From contig JBHGNT010000011.1 of NCBI GenBank assembly GCA_043228905.1, forward strand, positions 11,718,001 through 11,782,000: a stretch of 64,000 nucleotides of DNA. Direction: 5' to 3'. Below are positions 13,561-26,240 of this stretch, piece after piece. The notes under the pieces were generated by a model. The model was not told where the DNA came from. It saw only the letters and a list, made by a program, of their open reading frames with translations, and searched no databases. This DNA comes from Azolla caroliniana (taxonomy: Eukaryota > Plantae > Polypodiophyta). The first letter of the stretch is position 1. Every line of letters starts with the position of its first letter. Made by a program: the position numbers and the translations under genes.

Positions 13561-15300
13561 TGTCCATATGAATAGGAGAAAGATTTATGAATAATTATCT
13601 TGTAGACGTTACATATAACATACATGTGCATATCATAGTATAAACATGTTTTAATCGTTGTCAAGTCTACATACTAAGGATCTAGAAGGGCCAACTTACA
13701 TCAATGTAGCAAGTAATTCAAATTGAATCTGGAAATGATGCAAAATATAAGCACAAAAACTCATACAATTTCCACCTTGAGTATAAAAAAATATTTTCCC
13801 CATATATTAATCCTTGATGTAATATATTCAAACATGATTGTACAATATATTTCTCAACTTGATCAATATTGCCTCACATGTTCACTCATATTGCAAATTG
13901 ATGGCTCGTCGTAATCTAAATAGAAAGATATATTCATCAACTTTGAAGACACTACTACACTAATTGGGATTGCAAGTTGATCCTCCAATCTCAAGTCTAG
14001 ATAAATACAAAAATTAATAAATATTAAAGACAATCCTAATAGATCAAGATGTTTATTAACATATGGTGACATTGGTATAAAGACGTAAGGTATCCATGTT
14101 ATGACAAATTCCAAGCACCTTTTGAATAAGGTATTAATGCCTCACCTCATACACTTGTATCATATGTATTTGTAAGATTCTTGAATTGGAACTCAACTAT
14201 CAAATCACCACATTACCATCCATCAAGACACAAAAGACATGTAGCACCTTTTGCTTTTCCATTTGTATCTCTTCCCAAAGTAGTTGAAAAGTTCTTAAGA
14301 GTCCATTTCCCAAGGTCTAGAGAAACACACTATTTTGTCAAGATTCCTTCGTCCCAAAAATCAATCATGCTGATTTTGATATTAGAGGTATAAAGTGTTC
14401 AAAATATACAAGATCCACATTGCTTAAGAGGGTCAAAATAATTAGTAATGAGAAAAGGTGCTAAAAGCGTTTACACGGTATGGTCTTGCCATATTGTATC
14501 TATGTCAACTTTGCATTACACACTAACCAATGAAAGAGAAGAAGAAGCAAACATGAGGCTTTTGAACTTTGTTTGATATTTTATTTGGCGAACCAAAGTT
14601 TACAATTTAAGTTCCTTAAAGCATACCCGGTTATTCCCTAAAATTGTACTAAATGTTTCCTTTCTCTAGACTCCCCTTTCTCGATGCTTGAATTTCAAAC
14701 ACAAATAGCTTCCTCATTAATTTTTCTTAATTACCGTGAAATTTATTTATTTTCAATAAAATCTTGACTTACAATAAATGACTCTGAAACAACTAAGCAT
14801 CTATACCAAGCAGATATACTTGAAAATTGAATCAAGATGAAGTTCAACTTCCCCATGCACATGCATGTCTTTAGGACCAAACGGAGTGAGGGGAGAACAA
14901 GAGAAAATGTGATATGGGAGAGAAATTGTTATATGTGAGGAAAGGAACCACATCGATAGAAATAGAAATCATTGCATCGTGAGAAAGATATAACTCATTG
15001 CATGGATCTTACAACCACTTAAAACAACACAATATGTGGAGAGCACAATCTAAGACAATATCTTTGAAAAGCATTACTTAAATTCATGGGCTTTAGTTTG
15101 TTGAGATCTAATTTCTTCTTTAGGGATGAAATGCTATTGCATTAAACATTTTTTATTTTCTCAAATAAATAAAAATGCAATCTAAAATTAGTGAGATTGT
15201 AGGCCTCCTACAAGTAGACTAATTTTAGTGATGTTATTCTAAAAACTTTAAAAGAGATTGAAATCCCTACATCTCACAAAGAAGTAATCTCACTCCTTGA

Positions 15301-15520
15301 CAATCAACCTTTCTATACTATATGTAAAGTTTGATGTGAATTGCCCACGTCAACACAATAGGAGCACACCATGAATTGTGAGATATAGTTAATTGTATCG
15401 AATGGCACTATTCACTAGACAATCAACCTTTCTATAATATATGTAAAATTTGATATCAATTGCCCAAGTCAACACAATGGGAACATGACATCAAATGTAA
15501 GAAATAGCTAATTGTTTTAG
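15301..15520. repeat. Diverged tandem duplication, period ~119 bp
   Basis: caatcaacctttctata.tatatgtaaa.tttgat...aattgccca.gtcaacacaat at 15301 and 15420. Confidence 0.75.
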
Positions 15521-17455
15521 TCGATCTTTTGTAACTAATAGCCTCCTACATAAAGGAATGTTGTATGAAGTAGAAAGGCCAAATGTAGTCTATAAATCTC
15601 CTTAAAACATAATATTAATTTTACAGCATATATATGTGGGGTAGATCTTGAGCGAATTTTCTTAAGAATGGTGTAGATTGTTTTTTGCAAATACAATAAT
15701 GGGTTAACTTATAAAACAATCAAATGGATCAATTGTGAAGTGTTAGGAAACAGATGGGATGCGTCGGTCAGCTAGATCCGGAAGAGGAACCTGATTGGCC
15801 AGGAAGACATCCGATGGGCATTCGGAATCCGCATTACAAAAAACATCCAGATTCCCGATCCAGTTGTAGCCAATTAGAGGATATATTTGCAAATAACCAT
15901 TACAGTGTATAAGTATATATATATATACTTAGGCCTAACATGTTAGTTGTGTGGTTGTAGAGTTAGTTATCACAGTATAGAGTTGTAATCTAACTGTGGA
16001 GTTGAGAGTGTGTGTAACCATCAGTTAGACGAAGATGAGCTCCGAGCTCAAGGTTGTTGACTATGAGTCTCCTTGCATTCTCTTCTCCCATAGTGGAACA
16101 GTTCGGAGTTTGTGGGCTCCCGTGGTTTTTCCCATTACAGGGCTTTCCACGTTAATATATTGTGTCATTGTGTCGTTGCATCATCTCTATGTTTAGTACT
16201 CAGTTTTCCCTTTTTTGTGTGCTTGTCATTTGGTTGTGTCTAAGCCCCATTTCTTAACAAACTGGTATCAGAGCCAAGTCCATAACCTTCAAGTGAAAGA
16301 AAATGGAAGACTCATTTAGTGGAATGTTCAAGCTAACCAACCGCAACTACTTTTGTGTGGAAGTCGAAGATGAGGGACATGTTGGTATGCAAAGACTTAT
16401 GGTTGTCAGTGCAATACGACAAGACCAAGCCTAACAAGATCGACGCACCAACTTGGGAAGTCTTACATCTGAAGGCAACGGCATACATAAGGTGTTTTAT
16501 ATGCATGATTCTATACAACAACTTTAACGAAGAGACAAATGCCGATGTCCTTTGGAAGAATATCGGGATCATGTTTGAAAACAAGAACGTCGTAAACAGA
16601 GTCTTAGTTTTCAGGAAGATAGTGAGACTGAGATATCAGGATGGCTCAAGCATGGCTGATCACCTGAATGCTTTCCAAGGACTGATAAATTAGATCACCT
16701 CTCTAGAAGTACCTCTAGCTAACGAGGTACTAGCATTGTTGTTGCTAGGATCCCTTCCGGACAACTGGGAGATGCTCGTGATGACCTTGGGAAATGCGGG
16801 ACCACAAGGGAAGCAATTGTACCTAGAGAGTGAAGTTGAGCTTGTTGAATGAAGAAGCTCGCTAGAAGGACAAAGAGTCTGTCTCCGATCATAAGGCCCT
16901 AGTCACAGAAGGTGACTCCTATAGAGGAAGGGGTCGACAAAGAAGTTCGCAAAACAAGGACCAGTCTAGACTGAGGTCAAATCCGAAGGGAAGACCCATG
17001 TGCTTCTATTCTGGGAAGTCGGGGCACTTCTAGAAGAATTGCTAACACTATCAGAGATACAAAGGGGGAGTTGATGGTGTTGAGCCAAAGAAGATTTCGG
17101 GCAGCAAAAACACCTTAGCAATCACGAGCGAGGAAGAGCTATTGTTCAACAATGAACAATATGAAGTTAATCTTGCCGGCAAAGAATCTACATGGGTGAT
17201 CGATTTTGGTGCATCGTTTCACCTGACCCCCAACAGAGAATGTTTCTCATCATATACGGCCGGTGATCACAGATTTGCGAAGATGGGAAATGACAGCGCA
17301 TGCAAATTAGTCAGAATCGGAGAGGTATGTTTGCTGACATCAACGGGTTCCAGAATGGTATTGAAGGATGTGCGCCATGTTCCGAACATCCGATTCAATC
17401 TAATATTGACCGGATGGCTCAATGACGAAAGTTACGATGGTACCTTCCGAAACGG

Positions 17456-19434
17456 TGTCGTGAAAATCCGTCACTATGTGCGGATCTTGAGGCGGAACCG
17501 TCGGGGTTATGGACGGGAAGGAAATAGGGCTCACACCCAGAACACAAGGAAGGCTTACACAAACAAGGCGCGAGTATTCAAATGTGTTTGTGAAAAGGAG
17601 AGGGGCATGGACAAGCCCGAATCAACCCCTAGTCACAAGGCGAACGAATGCACACGAGGAAGGCTTACACAAACAAGGCACGAGTATTCGAACGTGTTTG
17701 TGAAAAGGAGAGGTGCATGGGCAAGCCCAAATCAACCTCTAGTCACAAGGTGAATGAATGCATGTGAGGAAGGCTTACACACAGACACACAAGGAAAAGG
17801 CTTACTTACACACACAAGAGACAAAGTTTCGAATGCCTTTTGAAAAGAGAGGTGCATGGGCTAGCCCGAACGCTCCCTTGTTACAAGACGCGTGAACACA
17901 CAAGCAAGGTTTACACACGGGAGATACAATGTCGAATGCCTTCATGAAAGGAGAGGTGCATGGGCTAGCCCGAACGCTCCCTTGCCACAAGTCACACGAA
18001 CACACAAGCAAGATTTACACTAACACGCAAGACACGAAAGTTTGAATGCCTTTGCGAAAGGAGAGGTGCATGGGCAAGCCCGAACGCTCCCTTGCCACAA
18101 GTCACACGAACACACAAGCAAGATTTACACTAACACGCAAGACACGAAAGTTTGAATGCCTTTGCAAAAGGAGAGGTGCATGGGCAAGACCGAAACGCTC
18201 CCTTGTCACAAGACACACAAACAGATAAGCACAAATGACAATAACATATAAGACATGTAAGTTTGAATGCCTTTGTGAAAGGAGAGGTGCATGGGCAAGC
18301 CCGAAACGCTCCCTTGTCACAAGACACACAAACAAATAAGCACAAACAACGATAACATATAAGACACATAAGTTTGAATGCATTCGCGAAAGGAGAGGTG
18401 CATGGGCATGCCCGAAACGCTCCCTTGTCACAAGACACACAAACAAATAAGCACAAATGACAATAACATATAAGACATGTAAGTTTGAGTGCTTTGTGAA
18501 AGGAGAGGTGCATGGGCAAGCCCGAAACGCTCCCTTGTCCCAAGACACACAAACAAATAAGCACAAACAACGATAACATATAAGACACATAAGTTTGAAT
18601 GCATTCACGAAAGGAGAGGTGCATGAGCAAGCCCGAAACGCTCCATTGTCACTAGGCACACAAACAAATAAGCAAAAATGACGATAACATATAAGATACG
18701 TAGGTGAAACCAAACATTATTTTATTGCAATATAATAGATTCGTTTATAAAATAAGAATCAATTTTACAACGGGTTTGATATGAATATGAGAGATAATTT
18801 ATAAAGGAAGGGGGAAGAGAGGTGGAGGAATGAAGAGAGTGGAATATAGATGAAGGTGATTCTTTGTTGATGATGCCTCTCGATGTTGTTGATCCTTCTT
18901 CTTTTGACTTCCAATTGAGTACAGCTTCCATGTTCCTTCTCCCTCCCCCCTTCTTCACTAGAATAGGCTCTTATTTATAGGTTTAGGATTGCTTGCCTTT
19001 TTCCCCTAAAAAAAAGCTTGTCTATATGAGTCGACTTTTCTTTTCCTCACTATTTCTGTTTTCTAGCCCCAAATTTCACATGCAAGATATTCTTGGAAAT
19101 CTCTTTGGGTTAGCTTTCTTATGCATTTTTTCGTTTCTAATTTGGACATCTGACGAGGAAATTATGAGTTGTTTCCTCTATTGTGCTCCTCATATCCACG
19201 CGTGCTTTTTTATTTTTCTCCCCTACTTTTGAAAACCGCCTCTAACTTAATATACATCATTATTTATAGTAAGGTTCAATCCTTTGACCTTTTATTTATA
19301 AAGATTATCTTTGGCAAATGAAAAAAATATTTTTGCTACCAATAAAGTTAACTTCACAATACTAGTCTATTTGAACTACTATTTTACTTCTTTTCGAGGG
19401 TGGATTCACACTATGTGTTAGAAACATCACGACA
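17456..19434 (-). mobile_element. Solo LTR (1979 bp) of the G2 gypsy lineage with internal tandem array
   Basis: Termini tgtcgtgaaaatccgtcacta..cacgaca as in G2 LTRs; 4-bp TSD acgg/atgg; host frame TFRNGTWKMYKGNLIVA is restored on removal. Confidence 0.88.
17560..18710. repeat. Minisatellite, 10 copies of ~110 bp
   Basis: Core gaaaggagaggtgcatgggcaagcccg at ~17592, 17702, 17842, 17946, 18056, 18166, 18277, 18388, 18498, 18609. Confidence 0.93.
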
Positions 19435-21257
19435 ATGGCACCTGGAAAATGTACAAGGGAAACCTTATTGTGGCCTGTGCCCGAAAGCAAAGTACACTAT
19501 ACGTTATGTACTCACAACTGAACCGGAATGAGGTAAATGTGGCAGCTGACACAACCCATGAGTTGTGGCATAAGAGGTTGTAACACATGAGTCAGAAGGG
19601 CATGCAGATGCTAGCCGAAAAGGAACTCTTACCAGAGGTTAAGAATGTGCATCTGGACAAATGCCCCGACTTCCTGGTCGGAAAACTGAATAGGACCACC
19701 TTTCACCCCAGGCCTTCGATGAGAAGGAAGAACGCCCTGGAACTTATGCATACGGATGTATACCAAGTTGACGCAAAGTCACATGCCGATGCACAATATT
19801 TTGTGACCTTTATAGATGATTATAGCCAGAAGCTATGGACTTACACACTGAAGACAAAGGACTAGTTGTTGTCCATCTTCAATGAATTCCAGGCAAGAGT
19901 GGAAAGAGAATCCAGACGAAAGTAGAAGGCTATCTGGACAGATAATGGAGGGGAGTACAGAGGGTAGTTCGAGGATACTATCGGGCTCAAGGTATCCGGA
20001 TAGAATACAGTGTTGAGGACTCCAAAACTAAATAGAATGGCCGAAAGGATGAACCGGAGCGTGATGGAGAGGGTCTGATGTATACTGGCACACGATAAGT
20101 TGCCAAAAACCTACCGGGTTGAGGCTTTGAAGATGGTTGTCTACGTGATAAATAGGTCTCCCACGGTTCCTTAAAAGATGATATCCCACAAAGGGTGTGG
20201 GTGGGGAAGGACATGTCACATTGGCATCTAAGGGTGTTCGGTTGCCTAGCATATGTACACATTGCAAGGACCGAAGAGGAAAGCTAGATCCTAAGAGCAA
20301 GCCAGGTCTCTTCCTAGGGTACAACGAAGATGAATTCGGTTATCGGCTATGGGACCTGATAGGCAAGAAGGTCATCAGGAGCCGAGATATAGTCTTCATG
20401 CAAGAAAAGACTATCGCTGACTGGGAAACGGAGAAGAAGGGATCATCCTCCGAGTTTACCGACAGAGAGCAGATGGATGCAATAAGTACCCAACATGCCG
20501 AAAACTGGATTCTAGCTGAAGAACAAAGAGAACCGGCCAGATTCCGGGAAGGAACCGAATTGACGAAAAGAGAACCGGAAGTCAAATCCGAACATGGATC
20601 CTAATCGGATTCTAATGAAGAGCCGACTGAAGAGGAAGATGTAGAACCAGTGGATAACCAAGGCAAGAGATATCCTCTAAGAGAGAGGTCTCCCCATAGA
20701 TTTCTTGATGAAGAGCATGTACTCTTAACTAATGAGGGGGAGCCAGAAAGCATTGAGCAAGCAAAGAAGAATACCCACAACCAAAAGTGGTTGAATGCCA
20801 TGTAGGATGAAATGGATTCCCTCCATGAAAACCATAAGAATGAGCTCATGGAGTTTCCGAAAGGAAAGAAGGCACTCCGGAACAAGTGGGTGTACAAGTT
20901 CAAACCGGGAGATGGCAGGAATCCACCCAAATACAAAGCCTGAATTGTGGTGAAAGGCTTTCAGCAGAAGAAGGATGTCGATTTCGACGAAATTTTTGCC
21001 CCAGTAGTGGAGATGACATCCATCTTGATGGTGCTAAGCATATCAACAAGCATAGACTTAGAAGTCGAACAACTGGATGTCCAGACAACTTTCTTCAATG
21101 GAGATTTGGAGGAAGAAATCTACATGCAACAACCGAAAGGGTTCGTGGAGAAAGGAAAGGAAAGCTTGGTATGCCAGCTAAAGAAAAGCTTGCATGGGCT
21201 GAAGCAAGCACCTCGGCAATGGTACCGGAAATTTGAGTCCTTCACGGTAGATCATGA

Positions 21258-21985
21258 TGTTGGGAATTCGGTACCTCTGGATGGGATCCGGATGAGAACC
21301 GGACAAGCCGAAGGAAGGAACTGGATCGAATGGGATCCGGAAGATATCCGGAAACCGGATTGGATGGATCAGTTGGTATCCGGCCAGACATTAGTATATG
21401 TATATGTTCAGATGTGATCGTTGAGGTCATATTTGTAAATAGTCCCAAAGTTATATAAGTATAAATATAACTAGGGCAACAGTATTATGGGTAGTAGATC
21501 AGAGTTCATTAAGTTGTTATCATTACCATTGTATTGAGCGAGACAAGGAAGGAGAGAGCAAGAGAAACACAGAAAGTTTTCTATTGTCACCGTCGGTTGG
21601 CGAAGATATAGAACTCGAGGGCGTTGCCTCAGATACTTTTGTTGTATCCTTCCTCCCATAGTGATAGTTGGAGTCTGTGGGCTCCTGTGGTTTTTCCCGA
21701 TTAGGGTTTTCCACATTAACATCTTGTGTCTGTCTTATTTCTATTTTTTGTTTTCTTCCATTGAGTGATTGAGACTCGGTTGTGGCCGAGCACTATTCCG
21801 CACAATCTGGTATAAGAGCATGGAAGATCCATTCAGCGGTATGTTCAAGCTCACCGGCTCCAACTACCCAGTGTGGAAGTTGAAGATGAGGGACATGTTG
21901 GTGGTCAAAGATCTCTAGCTGTTGGTACAGTTTGGAGACAAAAATCCAGATAAAATCGATGCCGCGAACTGGGAGGTGTTGCATA
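21258..21985 (+). mobile_element. Copia F 5' fragment: LTR 21258-21804, PBS, start of gag
   Basis: TGTTGGG start inside RT of copia D; PBS tggtataagagc 21808-19 directly followed by ATG (MEDPFSGMFKLTGSNYPVWK); truncated ~21985. Confidence 0.85.
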
Positions 21986-22255
21986 TGGGAGGTACTCACC
22001 GTTGAAGAGTGTAGGAAGAGATGCGAGAGTGCGTGTGCGCGAGAGAGAGTGAGAGAGGCACAATTAAAAGAACTTGCCACCCAAACCCTAAGTGGGGTAT
22101 TCTCCGTTTCGCAGAGACTTGTAATTTGTTTATCCTTCATGTAACTCTATTCATAGTGGAAATCTATTGCCCCGTGTTTTTCCCTGTTTTAGGGTTTCCA
22201 CGTAAATATTGTGTATTGTGTATTCTCTTTTGACTTGCTATTTTTCTGTTTCCGT

Positions 22256-22798
22256 TGTCGCGTTGTTACGCGCGTGCGTGTAGAAGGGGCGGGACCGCGG
22301 GGGTCTTGGACTAGGGAGTGGAGGAGAAAGAATAGGATATGATATGGAGGCTTAGCTCAAGAGGAGAAGAGGAAAGAATAAGACCACGACATCGAAGGAG
22401 AGATCGGCGGAGGCAAGATGTTCAACAAGTTATGTTAAAACAACGAACGGTTACAATAGTGGTGGCCTCCATGGCCGCACCAAAATGACTATCCGAAAAC
22501 CCTAAAGGGAAACCCAAGAAGAAAACCCTAACCGAAACCCTAACCCTAAAACGAAATGGGAAGAGGGAGAACCCTAGACTAAGTGGTATACCTTACTCAC
22601 ACAAAATAGGTAACCCCCTTCATAAGTGACCCCTCCCCTCCTTTTATAGCCCAAGGAGGGAGGGACCTTACAATGTGGGACAAAAATTTCCCCTCTCTTC
22701 CTATACACCATATCCTAGTATACATGTGCACATGTTGCACACCACCGACTTGCCCCTTCCACCCCGGTTTCCGCCTATGGACGAAAATCTTCACGACA
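22256..22798 (-). mobile_element. Solo LTR (543 bp) of the G2 gypsy lineage inside copia E LTR
   Basis: tgtcg..gaaaatcttcacgaca termini; perfect 4-bp TSD ccgt (22252-55 / 22799-802). Confidence 0.85.
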
Positions 22799-23415
22799 CC
22801 GTGTTGGTGCATTTCGATTTATCTTTCTCATAGATCTACGGTCCGAACTCAATAAATTGGTATTAGAGCTCAAAGATGCAAGAATGGAAGGAGGTGTGAG
22901 CGGTTTTCCAAGTATGATAGTCCTGAACTCACACAACTATTCTGACTGGAAGATCAAAATGGAAGATCTTCTAATAGTCAAAGATATGTACGAACCCATT
23001 GATAGAAGTGAAACACCCACAGGGGTATTGGAGTTTGAATGGAAACTCCTAAACAGGAAGGCAGTGGCCACCATCAAATAGTGTGTAGATGTGAGCGTTC
23101 TACATCATGTGGCTAACGACACAAATGCCTATGAGATGTGGCATAAACTATCAAGGTTGTACGAGAGGAAAAATGCCCTCAACAAAACCTCTCTAATGAG
23201 AAAGATCACAAGATTGAAGTACAAAGATGGAGAAAGCATTGTGGTACACATTAACACCTTCATGGGATTGGTGAATCAACTTGTAGCAACAAAGTTTCCA
23301 CTAGGTGATCCTATGCATGCCTTGTTACTGCTATGTAGCCTGCCGAAAAACTGGGAGAACCTGGTGGTGTACCTCAGTACCTCATGCCAAGAAGAAAATG
23401 TGTCCTTGCAAGTGG

Positions 23416-23865
23416 TGTTAATCCTTAGGGCTGGACAACAGCCTAACACAGGGTGTCCACTTAAGACACTTCACCAAAGGGTGTTACAGCGAGATAACTT
23501 ACGACACAACGCTTAATTGGACCTTAATCGGTTACTTAGGAATACGTCATTAACACGCGTAAGATATACAATAAGCACAGAACGGTGAAAAATACTCAAT
23601 GATTAAACAAAAGGTTTATATTACTTTTCCGTTAATGACTACATTGTAACCGGGCCTTTATATAGGTCACCGGTGCGAAGTACGAAACGGTGCCAACCGG
23701 CACCTATTCGGGATCGGTCCGGATCCGGATCGGCATACCGATTCGGTCCGTTTGTCCACATATTAATATATTAAGCCTAATAATTACAACAGATTCCTAA
23801 ATAACAATTCCCCTTTTCACACTCTAGTCTGGACATCTTCTAGCTCTCTTGTCGGCCGGGTAACA
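23416..23865 (-). repeat. 3' LTR of G1
   Basis: TG..CA; direct repeat of 40803-41252; TATA cctatataaagg on the minus strand. Confidence 0.95.
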
Positions 23866-26165
23866 CATGGCACGCCCGTGCGACAGTACCTTGTACGTCG
23901 AATCCACTATCCGGCCATGTTACTCTTCGTCCAAAATGTCCAGAATGCTTTGCTCCAGAGTTTCCAATGGCTCGACGGGAATCTGTTGTTGCTGTTGTGG
24001 CTGCTGCTGCTGTGGCTGTTGTGGCTACTGTGGTGGCTGCTGCGGTAGCTGCTCCAACTACGGTTGTGACTCCGATTGTTGCTCTGGCACCGGCGTTTCC
24101 TTCGTTGTTTCCTCCGTCGGAATTGTCTCTGGTTGACTTACCCCGGCCTGATCCCCGTCTGGTCCTTGTACCGGCGACGGTTCCTCATCACTAAGGTTGA
24201 CCGTTGCCACCTACCTTGCTTTTTCTTCCCTAAGTCAGGACCGCTCATAGCTCTCAAACTGGATTTGAGCATCCATCCGATCATCGTCCAGTTGAGCTAT
24301 GAGTTGCCGGACCTGTACCAATTGCTCATCCGCCAGAGCTGTGAAATCTTCTGCCAGCTCATCCTTTATGGTGGTGAAGTCCTCCGATGTGAGCATGTAA
24401 CAGTCGTCACCTTCCTTCCGCCGGTTTTCCGCGTCCACCCTAAGCAACTGGAGTTCAGCACCCATTTCGTCCACCATCGCACGGAGCTCTCGTCAATCAA
24501 GCGTTTGGTCTTGTTTAGCCATGCCCGGAGGATGCACTGGATCCGTTCCATTCCCATCTGTGATTTGTTCTCCGCGGCTTGTCGCTCCTCTTTCAATTGC
24601 TTGATGATTCTGACCGTGTCCACCTCCTGCTCCCTATAATGCGACAATTGACTTTGATAGGTTGTTTGCAACCTCTGTAACACCATTGTCGCCCTCTCCT
24701 TTTCTTCATTGTGCTACTTGTGGAGCTCCATCCGGTCCCTCGCCGCTTCCTCCAATAGCTTTGTATTCTCAGCCCGTTCGTCGGCGAGTGCCGTTGTGGC
24801 CCTATCAACTTCCTGCCGGAGCTCGGCCATCCTTTCCTGTTGTTGCTTATGCTCCGTGTCCAAGCTCTTAAAGTTCCGGTGCAGGTGGTCGAAGTCCTCT
24901 GTCTTCTGCTTCAGCCTCTAGTTGATTTGCCGGCGAGCGTGGTCTTCCCGGTCCTTTTGTTGACGGAGTTCTTCTTTCAGCCTTTCGATTTCCGTTTCCG
25001 CCATCCATCGCAGCTTGTCCTTCTCCTGCAGCAATTTTCCTTTTTCCTCCTTTAGCCAGTCGTAAGCTTGATGCCCTTTCTACAGATTTTCTTCTGCCCG
25101 ACGGAGGTTTTCAACAGTTTTCTTTAACTCCTCTTCTGCCGCTTTCTTCAATTCTCGTTCGCAACTCCATAGTGCTTCTTGTGCGGCCAGTTCATCCCTT
25201 AATTCGGCAAGCTCTTGGGCTTGCACCGCATGTTTCTCCGGGACGGTTTCTGTCTCCGGGGTCTTATTCATGTGTACAGGCATGGTTGTTCCTTTATTCT
25301 ATACATCCACCGGAGTCACCGGTGCTTGGATCTATGTTGCGGTTAAGGCCATTTTGGCCATGTCTTCTGTGACTTGATCCAAGTCTTGTTCAAGGCACCA
25401 GATCCTTGACCGGGCCGTCTCTAGTTCATCGGTTGTGACTAGCAACCGTTCCATCTGCGCTCGTTCTTCCGCCTCTATATACAGTATCACTCCGGCAACC
25501 TGCTCTCCTATCCACCGGAGCCATTGGCTGTCGGTGCCTTGTTGTTGCGTCTGCACGGAGGGTTGGCTGATGGGTTCACTTGCCAGTGGCCGGTCCCGCA
25601 TAACTGCGTCGAGCTGCAATTCCGGCTCTGCCTGCTGAACACTTTGTCGTTCAGGTTCCGGTTGTGTTTCGGTTGGCCGCTCTTGTTCTGCTTGTTCTTG
25701 GCCGGCTTAGGAAGGTGGCACATGCCTTACCGGCGCTTGCGTTTCGGGGCTTTCCTTTTCTTGACCCGCCGGTGTCGTGAAGATCCGTCATTACACGCGG
25801 ATCGTGAGGCGGAACCGCCGGGGTTCTGGACCAGAAGGATTTAGAGTCGATACAAGCTTTGGCGAGAAAGTACTTAAGATAGATTGGGAAAGAGAGAAGA
25901 TGAGATTACACGATTGATTTCAAAACGAATTTCTTCCTCTTAATTTTCATAAAAAAAAACCATGTTTTTCTCCTCCCCCTTCCCTCTTTTATAGATGCTC
26001 TCATGCATATGATGCATGTGAGGGTACAAGACATGCATAAATTGCATGTTTGCCATTTGGCGCTTAAGTATTACATGTGGTGCATGCTAACCATGTCACT
26101 CATTTTAGCACTCATGGATGAGAATTTACATGTAAAAGTACAATGATAGAAATATAATTTCAACT

Positions 26166-26240
26166 AAATACTATGGCTTAATGGTAAGCCATTTGACTCC
26201 TAATTGGGAGGTGCAAGGTTCGAATCCATAATTGCCCTCC
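26166..26240 (+). promoter_or_regulatory. tRNA-derived Pol III type-2 promoter-like module in G2 3' LTR
   Basis: A box TGGCTTAATGG 26174-84; B box GGTTCGAATCC 26217-27; D stem ggctt/aagcc; loop ctCCTaa. Confidence 0.7.

Larger units (their letters stand above)
15741..21257 (+). mobile_element. Decayed copia D (Tork-like): 5' LTR 15741-16259, PBS, gag, PR, INT, RT truncated by copia F
   Basis: TGTTAGGA..TTCTTAACA LTR; PBS tggtatcagagc 16263-74; gag ATG 16303; WVIDFGASFH, LELMHTDV, LKKSLHGLKQAPRQWY; interrupted by the solo LTR at 17456-19434. Confidence 0.92.

Noticed and set aside
13600-15740. Possible gene or DNA-transposon remnant in an AT-rich stretch
   Set aside because: No convincing motifs, splice structure or termini.
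17560-18710. CRISPR-like array (conserved palindromic core with variable intervening sequence)
   Set aside because: Intervening parts are homologous to each other, there are no cas genes, and it lies inside a eukaryotic LTR; it is a minisatellite. The 203-aa and 166-aa ORFs over it are repeat artefacts.
23867-24194. Cys-rich or Ala/Val-rich small proteins
   Set aside because: Antisense translation of the CAG/CAA-rich tail of the G1 extra ORF.
26166-26240. Functional tRNA-Arg(CCT) gene
   Set aside because: Acceptor, anticodon and T stems do not pair properly; kept only as a tRNA-derived module.
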